Below the pieces are notes generated by a model, which ran no database searches, was not told where the DNA came from, and worked only from the letters and a program-made list of their open reading frames with translations. Shown here in pieces: positions 1 to 5,399 of a stretch of DNA of 13,402 nucleotides (the stretch's first letter is position 1; every line of letters starts with the position of its first letter). The translations under genes and the position numbers were made by a program. The stretch is from positions 1-13,402 of IMG/VR virus record IMGVR_UViG_3300045988_056069; one strand, given 5' to 3'. The stretch comes from a virus.

Positions 1-117
1 TAGATTAACCACCACTGGCGGACATTTGTCTTTCCCCCACGGACACATTTGTGCGCACAACACGGACACAATTTGTCCGTGGTAGGCGGACAGGGTGTGC
101 TTTAACGTGCTAAAGTG
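1..117. repeat. Left inverted terminal repeat (1-53 perfect; degenerate ungapped similarity to about 117)
   Basis: Hand reverse-complementing 13286-13402 gives tagattaaccaccactggcggacatttgtctttcccccacggacacatttgtg, identical to 1-53. Positions 54-117 match at roughly 40 of 64 positions without gaps. CGGACA-type motifs fall at the same offsets at both ends (20-24, 41-45, 64-68, 88-92). Confidence 0.95.
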
Positions 118-129
118 GAGGTATATTAT

Positions 130-159
130 TTGCTTATGTGTACTATTAGAATATATAAT
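130..159 (+). promoter_or_regulatory. Candidate sigma-70/sigmaA-type early promoter P1
   Basis: TTGCTT (130-135), an 18-nt spacer, then TATAAT (154-159). It sits in the AT-rich non-coding leader between the ITR and the first ORF. Prediction rests on sequence match only. Confidence 0.5.
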
Positions 160-170
160 ACTCAAAGTTA

Positions 171-199
171 TTGCTTTTGGGTAATTTATGTGATAATAT
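171..199 (+). promoter_or_regulatory. Candidate early promoter P2 with extended -10
   Basis: TTGCTT (171-176), a 17-nt spacer, then TGaTAATAT (191-199; TGn plus TAATAT). It lies 41 bp downstream of P1 and shares the same -35 hexamer. GATAATAT occurs twice (192-199 and 203-210), 11 bp apart. Confidence 0.55.
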
Positions 200-229
200 A
201 CAGATAATATTAGGTGGGAGGATCATGCA

Positions 230-382
230 ATGAAAGCTATTGTCGGCGTTTGGAGATCTGACCCTTGCAAAATTCCGCAATTATATGAGTTCAAAAGTTG
301 GGGCGAGGCCCTTGCATTCTGCAAGCATGAGAATTTTACAATTATGTATCATTTATCATCTTTTATTAAGGAGGAGAACTAA
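230..382 (+). CDS. Hypothetical early protein, 50 aa (below the ORF-track cutoff)
   Basis: ATG 230 is preceded by GGGAGG (216-221) with an 8-nt spacer. Stop TAA 380-382 directly abuts the next ATG at 383. Hand translation: MKAIVGVWRSDPCKIPQLYEFKSWGEALAFCKHENFTIMYHLSSFIKEEN. No family recognised. Confidence 0.5.
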   Translation: MKAIVGVWRSDPCKIPQLYEFKSWGEALAFCKHENFTIMYHLSSFIKEEN

Positions 383-559
383 ATGCGCTACCGTTTGATC
401 TACTACAAGAACGGCGAACATCTTTCTTGCTGGTCGAATGATTATAGCTGGATTCTTGAGCGCTATATCCGTTTCCATAACTGCGGCTACGATGTTGAAA
501 TTTGGGAATATAATGAGCAGGGATCACACCTGTTGGAAAGGAGATTATACAATGGTTAA
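383..559 (+). CDS. Hypothetical early protein, 58 aa (below the ORF-track cutoff)
   Basis: ATG 383 is preceded by AAGGAGG (368-374) with an 8-nt spacer. Stop TAA 557-559 overlaps the next start (ATG 552). Hand translation: MRYRLIYYKNGEHLSCWSNDYSWILERYIRFHNCGYDVEIWEYNEQGSHLLERRLYNG. No family recognised. Confidence 0.55.
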   Translation: MRYRLIYYKNGEHLSCWSNDYSWILERYIRFHNCGYDVEIWEYNEQGSHLLERRLYNG

Positions 560-749
560 TCTGTTACGAAAAGAAAAGGCGAAGCGCTATATCAATGAAC
601 TTTATGATAAGGTGCAGTATTGGCTTAACCGTGAGGGATGGGGTAGCGAAGTCTATCGGCGTAGTCTCGCAAGATATACTACTGCAAAGATCATGTATGC
701 AATTCTAACTGGTGAAGAATATTCCGGAGGATTACTTAATGAGCGGTAA
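552..749 (+). CDS. Hypothetical early protein, 65 aa (shortened from track ORF 438..749)
   Basis: In-frame ATG 552 has AAGGAG (538-543) with an 8-nt spacer. The track start at 438 has no purine-rich SD and would overlap the well-supported 383..559 ORF. The protein starts MVNLLRKEKAKRYINELYDK. No family recognised. Confidence 0.55.
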   Translation: MVNLLRKEKAKRYINELYDKVQYWLNREGWGSEVYRRSLARYTTAKIMYAILTGEEYSGGLLNER

Positions 750-942
750 TAGATGGCTGGTGACAGTGCATTACAAATATCGGCCCAAGACCACATATCT
801 TTTTTCTGATTTGCACGTTGCGCTACAATGTATCGCAATTGCCAAGCGCAAAAAGCCAGGTCTCCGTATCAATCTTATACGAAAGGAGTTGAGTAGAGAA
901 CAATGCGAGGCCGTTTTAAGAACCGGGCAACGACCCATTTGA
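739..942 (+). CDS. Hypothetical early protein, 67 aa (shortened from track ORF 712..942)
   Basis: In-frame ATG 739 has GGAGG (726-730) with an 8-nt spacer. It overlaps the upstream gene by 11 nt and the downstream RHH gene by 40 nt. The protein starts MSGNRWLVTVHYKYRPK. No family recognised. Confidence 0.5.
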   Translation: MSGNRWLVTVHYKYRPKTTYLFSDLHVALQCIAIAKRKKPGLRINLIRKELSREQCEAVLRTGQRPI

Positions 943-1100
943 CCCTATCCGTTCCGGCTGACCTTAAGGACACGCTTGAGGTCATAGCCGCCGAACGCGA
1001 TATGTCTACCTCGGCTTTTTGCCGTGAGCTTTTCCGAAAGGAGATAGCAAAGCATGAAGTTCTACCGAACAGCAGACCCGGCAACCGGGGAAGTGATTGA
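903..1100 (+). CDS. Ribbon-helix-helix (CopG/Arc/MetJ-type) DNA-binding protein, probable transcriptional regulator
   Basis: The 65-aa product has a basic N-terminus (RGRFKNR). This is followed by a beta-strand-like THLTLSV, helix A (PADLKDTLEVIAAERD) and helix B (STSAFCRELFRKEI), which is the classic RHH layout. AAGGAG lies at 883-888, but the spacer to the ATG is long (14 nt). Confidence 0.7.
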   Translation: MRGRFKNRATTHLTLSVPADLKDTLEVIAAERDMSTSAFCRELFRKEIAKHEVLPNSRPGNRGSD

Positions 1101-1716
1101 CCCAAAAGACACCCCGGAACTGTACACACTGGACGCAATCCGACACGCTGACGTATGGACACCTGAAACAATCAAGCGAGAATACCAGAGACTAAGATCA
1201 ATCGCAGTGAAGCGCTTAAAGCGCATGGAAGAAAGCGAAATCGGCAGAGCAAGCAAGACATACTATTATAACAAGGACAAGTATAAACCTGCTTCTGAAC
1301 TGAAACCATACGAGCAGAAAATCCTATTGGCAGACCTTGCAAAGATGATGCAAGCCAAGACCGGCACACTCACAGGCATTAAGCGCTATCGCAAAGAAGC
1401 AATCAAGACTTTCCACGAACATGGCTACGAATACGTTAACGAACAAAATTTTAATGATATAGGCGAATTCTTCCGGTATTGGAAAGCGTCTAATCTGCGT
1501 GGCTATGGTAGTCTTGTAGCAATGGACGTATACGAGAAAATCAAAAACTCAGAAGCATTTGAACGAGCAACGCAGAAAGTCAATAAATCAGCCGAAATTT
1601 TCCGGGCGTTCCAAGCGTGGCAAGCGGAGCGAGATGCACCATTTGAACGCAAGTCGAATGTTGTTGAACGATCTTCCGGTGAGCTATTGCAGGCGTTAGA
1701 TGAATTTCTATGGTAA
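1054..1716 (+). CDS. Candidate terminal (genome-linked priming) protein, 220 aa
   Basis: Position is the main evidence. The gene lies immediately upstream of the protein-primed PolB and is translationally coupled to it (ATGGTAA overlap at 1710-1716), as in phi29 genes 3 and 2. The product is highly charged, K/R/E-rich and predicted helical. The segment EYQRLRSIAVKRLKR loosely recalls the N-terminal basic region of phi29 TP, from memory only. AAGGAG lies at 1038-1043 with a 10-nt spacer. The CDS itself is confident; the function is inferred. Confidence 0.5.
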   Translation: MKFYRTADPATGEVIDPKDTPELYTLDAIRHADVWTPETIKREYQRLRSIAVKRLKRMEESEIGRASKTYYYNKDKYKPASELKPYEQKILLADLAKMMQAKTGTLTGIKRYRKEAIKTFHEHGYEYVNEQNFNDIGEFFRYWKASNLRGYGSLVAMDVYEKIKNSEAFERATQKVNKSAEIFRAFQAWQAERDAPFERKSNVVERSSGELLQALDEFLW

Positions 1717-3734
1717 TCAAGCCGTCAGAATTTCCCCTTGCATGGCTTGAGCAAATACCGGAAGTAAAACGGAAGAAAGGCAACCAACGCACAAAGAAGC
1801 GCCGGAAATATAAAGACCTTATAACAGCGTTTGACATTGAGACAACCAGACTTGCAGATATTGAAAACTCTATCATGTACATCTGGCAGTGGCAATTTGG
1901 AAACGCCTACACGGTTGTTGGGAGAACATGGGATGAATTTACACAATTTCAAAAGAAGTTGCAGAACGTTCTTGATGACACTTTTCTGGTTGTTTTTGTT
2001 CACAATCTTTCCTATGAATTCCAGTTTCTAAGAGGTATCTACCTCTTTGAGCCGGAAGAAGTTTTCGCCGTCCGATCTCGTAAAGTTTTGAAATGTGATA
2101 TGCACAACTGTTTTGAATTCCGATGCAGTTACCTGCACAGCAACATGAACTTAGACACATATACTAAGAAAATGGGCGTACAGCATAAGAAGCTGACAGG
2201 AACATTTGACTATGACAAAGTACGCTATCCATGGACAGAACTGACCGAACAGGAATTAGCTTATTGCATACATGATGTGCAAGGCTTAACCGAAGCAATT
2301 CAAATTGAAATGGAGCATGACGGAGATAACCTGTATACATTTCCGCTAACTTCAACTGGCTATGTCCGCCGGGATGCCAAGAAAGCAATGTCGGAAGTGT
2401 CTTACAATTTCGTCAAAGGTCAGTTACCAGACTATGAGATATACAAAATGCTTAGGGAAGCGTTCCGGGGAGGTAACACCCATGCAAATAGATACTATGC
2501 AAATTACACCTTGCACAACGTTCACAGCGCAGACCGATCCAGCAGTTACCCGGATGTAATGTGCAACTGCAAATTCCCTGTCAGCGAATTTTACCGGCTG
2601 GGCGATGTACCATTTGACGAAGTTATCAAGATATTAGGAAAGCGTCAAAAAGCCTGCATTATGCGAGTAGCAATCACAGGCGCACACCTGCAAAGGGTTG
2701 ATTGGGGATGCCCCTATCTATCATTAGCAAAGTGCCGACACGTTGAAAACGCACTGCTTGATAATGGTAGAATTGTATCCGCTGACTATCTGGAAACCAC
2801 CATAACAGACATTGACTTGAAAATTTTACTAAGTGAGTACGCATGGACGGATATGAAAATTTACGATGTAGCAACCGCCCGTTATGGATACTTGCCTAAG
2901 CCGCTAATAAAAACGATCTGCCAATACTACCACTACAAGACAGAGTTAAAGAACGTTGACGGGCAAGAATTGCTATATATGAAATCAAAGAACAAGCTAA
3001 ACTCGCTTTATGGAATGTGTGCACAAGACCCTGTAAAGCAGTCGATCCTATTTATAGATAATGACTTTAAAGAACAGAACGAGGACGAAGCCGGTTTACT
3101 GTTAGCATATAACCGAAAGGCGTTCCTTGCATATCAGTGGGGCGTGTGGGTGACAGCATGGGCAAGATATAGACTTGAGGAGGGTATCAGGCTTGCCCAC
3201 GGTGATCCAGATGATCCCAATGCACCGCAATTTGTCTATTGCGATACCGATAGCGTTAAATATTTAGGTGAAATCAATCTGGACAAATTTAACCGGGAAC
3301 GCATTAAAGACAGCCGCAACAGCGGAGCATACGCCACTGATTCGGCAGGGATTACACACTACATGGGCGTATACGAGCAAGAGCATGATATGTGCGAATT
3401 TCGGACAATGGGCGCAAAAAAGTATGTTTACCGTGAAACACCGGATAGCAAACTGATCTGCACCATTGCCGGAGTTGAGAAAAAGAAAGGGGGTGAAGAA
3501 CTTGAAGCGCACGGAGGAATTACAGCCTTTCACGAGGGATTTACCTTTGTCAAAGCCGGAGGACTTGAAGCAATTTATAACGATCTGCCCACATACATCG
3601 CAACAGAGTATGAAGCAGGGGGACAGACCTGTCAAATTACGGCTAATGTCTGCCTACGGCCAAGCACTTATACATTAGGACTGACAGCCGATTATAAGCG
3701 GCTATTGACAGAAATCAGGTATGAATATGAATGA
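1710..3734 (+). CDS. Family B DNA polymerase, protein-primed type (phi29 gp2-like)
   Basis: The 674-aa product carries all the diagnostic motifs. ExoI is FDIETT (nt 1830-1847). The ExoII-like motif is HNLSYE (2001-2018). ExoIII is YCIHD. Also present are FRGGNTH, motif A DRSSSYP, motif B KNKLNSLYG (2988-3014), motif C YCDTDS (3237-3254) and a KKY-containing GAKKYVY. Its location in an ITR-bounded linear genome next to a TP candidate fits this call. Confidence 0.95.
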   Translation: MVIKPSEFPLAWLEQIPEVKRKKGNQRTKKRRKYKDLITAFDIETTRLADIENSIMYIWQWQFGNAYTVVGRTWDEFTQFQKKLQNVLDDTFLVVFVHNLSYEFQFLRGIYLFEPEEVFAVRSRKVLKCDMHNCFEFRCSYLHSNMNLDTYTKKMGVQHKKLTGTFDYDKVRYPWTELTEQELAYCIHDVQGLTEAIQIEMEHDGDNLYTFPLTSTGYVRRDAKKAMSEVSYNFVKGQLPDYEIYKMLREAFRGGNTHANRYYANYTLHNVHSADRSSSYPDVMCNCKFPVSEFYRLGDVPFDEVIKILGKRQKACIMRVAITGAHLQRVDWGCPYLSLAKCRHVENALLDNGRIVSADYLETTITDIDLKILLSEYAWTDMKIYDVATARYGYLPKPLIKTICQYYHYKTELKNVDGQELLYMKSKNKLNSLYGMCAQDPVKQSILFIDNDFKEQNEDEAGLLLAYNRKAFLAYQWGVWVTAWARYRLEEGIRLAHGDPDDPNAPQFVYCDTDSVKYLGEINLDKFNRERIKDSRNSGAYATDSAGITHYMGVYEQEHDMCEFRTMGAKKYVYRETPDSKLICTIAGVEKKKGGEELEAHGGITAFHEGFTFVKAGGLEAIYNDLPTYIATEYEAGGQTCQITANVCLRPSTYTLGLTADYKRLLTEIRYEYE

Positions 3735-3888
3735 CGGACACGATATGTGTGTGGAATGTTTAAAATCTGCTGACCGTTTTCATGAAGATGTTGATTGCAT
3801 GAATTGCGGTTGTAAAGGTTGCCCGTGGCTTCACAACTGTTCCGGGCAATGTTATACAAGTAACCAACGGGAACACCGTGGTAAATAA
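3721..3888 (+). CDS. Cys-rich micro-protein (up to 55 aa), possible zinc-binding protein
   Basis: Not in the ORF track. It fills the otherwise empty 174-nt gap after the polymerase. Hand translation: MNMNDGHDMCVECLKSADRFHEDVDCMNCGCKGCPWLHNCSGQCYTSNQREHRGK. It has 8 Cys arranged CxxC-x12-CxxCxCxxC-x5-CxxxC. The SD is weak; ATG 3727 (AGG at 3717-3719, 7-nt spacer) or ATG 3745 are alternative starts. Confidence 0.4.
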   Translation: MNMNDGHDMCVECLKSADRFHEDVDCMNCGCKGCPWLHNCSGQCYTSNQREHRGK

Positions 3889-3908
3889 AATTTAAAGGAG
3901 AGCAAACT

Positions 3909-4241
3909 ATGACTATCATTAAGACCAGCAAGGAACTGACCAAGCGTGAATCCTACAAGTTGACCCTTGACCCGGCTATTAAGAAGATGAAAGATTTCAT
4001 CGGCGTTCAGATTGACGTTACCGCCTACTGCATTTACAGTGACGTGAACAAGGACGGTAAGGAAGTTGAAGTGTTGTCGATCATGGACAAGGACGGCGGC
4101 GTGTGCGCCACCAACAGCGACACCTTTAAGCGTGATTTCATGAACATTGCCGAACTGATGGACGGCGAGGATTACACCATTGAGGTTATCAGCGGACAGA
4201 GCAAGGCAGGCCGGGAATTTATTACCTGCACTCTGGTGTAA
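3909..4241 (+). CDS. Hypothetical protein, 110 aa; possible replication accessory or ssDNA-binding protein (position-based guess)
   Basis: A strong SD, AAGGAG (3895-3900), lies 8 nt upstream of the ATG. The gene sits between the polymerase and the packaging ATPase. The product is small and predicted beta-rich (IGVQIDVTAYCIYSDV, EVEVLSIMDKDGGVCATN, YTIEVISGQSKAGREFITCTLV), compatible with an OB-like fold. No motif I can name with certainty. Confidence 0.35.
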   Translation: MTIIKTSKELTKRESYKLTLDPAIKKMKDFIGVQIDVTAYCIYSDVNKDGKEVEVLSIMDKDGGVCATNSDTFKRDFMNIAELMDGEDYTIEVISGQSKAGREFITCTLV

Positions 4242-4244
4242 CTC

Positions 4245-5282
4245 ATGAGCCGCATATATCTTGATAGCGGCTATTTAGATATTCACGGATTGCTTGAGCG
4301 GGGCTTGCCCTTTAACTTTGCGGTTGGAGGGCGAGCCACCGGCAAAACTTACGGCAGTCTGTTAGAATCTATCCAAGTTCCAAGAACTTTCTTGCTGATC
4401 CGGCGAACACAGGCACAGGCCGACATTATCACAAAACCGGAGTTTTCCCCATTCAAGCGAATATGCGAGGATCAAAACCTCTTAATAACGTCCTCGCCTG
4501 TTACGAAGTACAACAGCGCCTTTTATTTTTATAAGGTAGACGAGGATGGCAAACAGATACAGCAAGGAAAGCCTTTGGGGTATTCAGCCGCATTATCAAC
4601 ATTTTCCAATATCCGAGGGTTTGACGCTTCTGATGTTGACCTGATGATCTTTGATGAATTTATCCCGGAACGGCACGAGCGCCCAATTAAAAACGAGTTT
4701 GAAGCGCTTATGAACTGCTATGAAACCGTCAACAGAAATAGGGAGCTTCAAGGAAAAAAGCCGGTACAGTTGCTATGTCTCGCCAACGCTAACGATGTAG
4801 CTAACCCGGTGTTTGTCGGTTTCAATCTGGTAAAACGAGCAAATGAGATGTTAGCCAAGGGCAAAGAAGTCTATCAAGACAACAAGCGAGGTATATGTCT
4901 CTATATGCTTCAACACTCGCCCATTTCGGACGAAAAGCGGAACACCGTACTATACAAGGCTACGGAGGGCACACGCTTTTCTGAAATGGCACTGGAAAAC
5001 AAATTTGCATTTAACGATTTCGGAAACATTCGGAGCAGACCTATAAAAGAATTTATCCCTATTTGCGCAATCTCTAAAATCTGCGTGTATCGGCACAAGT
5101 CAGATGGAACCTATTACGTTTCCTTGCACAAGTCCGGCAGTCCCCCATACTACACCGACAGTGAAGCAGATATACAGCGCTTCAAACGCCTGTATGGCTG
5201 GCTATGGGATGCGTACATGAAAAATAAGGTAACTTTTGAAGAATATTTAGCGGAACACTACTTGACAAAGTATCTGAAATAA
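4245..5282 (+). CDS. DNA encapsidation (packaging) ATPase, phi29 gp16-like
   Basis: The 345-aa product has Walker A FAVGGRATGKTY and Walker B DLMIFDEF. It also carries FLLIRRT, ETVNRNRE, LLCLANANDVANPVFVGFNL and FSEMALENKF. These parallel remembered phi29 gp16 segments (VIGARGIGKSY, FIYVRRY, IVFDEFI, DTVFRNRE, CICLSNAVSVVNPYFLFFNL, YGEMSLDNQF). Confidence 0.92.
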   Translation: MSRIYLDSGYLDIHGLLERGLPFNFAVGGRATGKTYGSLLESIQVPRTFLLIRRTQAQADIITKPEFSPFKRICEDQNLLITSSPVTKYNSAFYFYKVDEDGKQIQQGKPLGYSAALSTFSNIRGFDASDVDLMIFDEFIPERHERPIKNEFEALMNCYETVNRNRELQGKKPVQLLCLANANDVANPVFVGFNLVKRANEMLAKGKEVYQDNKRGICLYMLQHSPISDEKRNTVLYKATEGTRFSEMALENKFAFNDFGNIRSRPIKEFIPICAISKICVYRHKSDGTYYVSLHKSGSPPYYTDSEADIQRFKRLYGWLWDAYMKNKVTFEEYLAEHYLTKYLK

Positions 5283-5296
5283 GCTACTCTTATATC

Positions 5297-5369
5297 AGAG
5301 TAAGGGTTGCATAAAGTCACGGCCGGAAGCTGATGCAAGCGGTTGACTACCGCAAGAAACCCTTACTCT
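5297..5369 (+). ncRNA. Candidate structured RNA element (three-way junction); function unknown (pRNA-like, processing site or terminator-like)
   Basis: A perfect 12-bp outer helix pairs AGAGTAAGGGTT (5297-5308) with AACCCTTACTCT (5358-5369). It encloses hairpin P2 (GCAT 5309-5312 with ATGC 5333-5336) and hairpin P3 (GCGG 5339-5342 with CCGC 5350-5353, 7-nt loop TTGACTA). The P3 loop TGACT (5344-5348) is complementary to AGTCA (5315-5319) in the P2 apical region. The element lies in the largest non-coding gap of the genome (5283-5399). Folded by eye only. Confidence 0.4.
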
Positions 5370-5399
5370 AAATTATTATCTGGCAGAAAGGAAATGTAA

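Noticed and set aside
136-207. 23-codon ORF (ATG 136) inside the promoter region
   Set aside because: The nearest SD-like GGAGG (116-120) is 15 nt away, and the ORF is very AT-rich. The region is better explained as promoters.
438-551. N-terminal 38-aa extension of track ORF 438..749, containing a hydrophobic TM-like stretch
   Set aside because: No SD lies upstream of ATG 438. The stretch is fully overlapped by the 383..559 ORF, which has a perfect AAGGAGG. ATG 552 has its own AAGGAG at ideal spacing. The TM-like stretch keeps a small residual doubt.
5297-5369. The 73-nt structured element considered as a tRNA
   Set aside because: The closing helix is 12 bp rather than 7. There is no D-arm or anticodon-arm layout. 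The T-loop-like TTGACTA lacks the conserved TTC. A 4-nt gap separates that hairpin from the closing helix.
5343-5379. TTGACT (5343-5348) as the -35 of a late promoter ahead of the lysis and structural genes
   Set aside because: No acceptable -10 lies 16-18 nt downstream (CTCTAA at 17 nt; TAAATT only at 20 nt). TATTAT at 5374-5379 has no matching -35. A factor-dependent promoter cannot be excluded.
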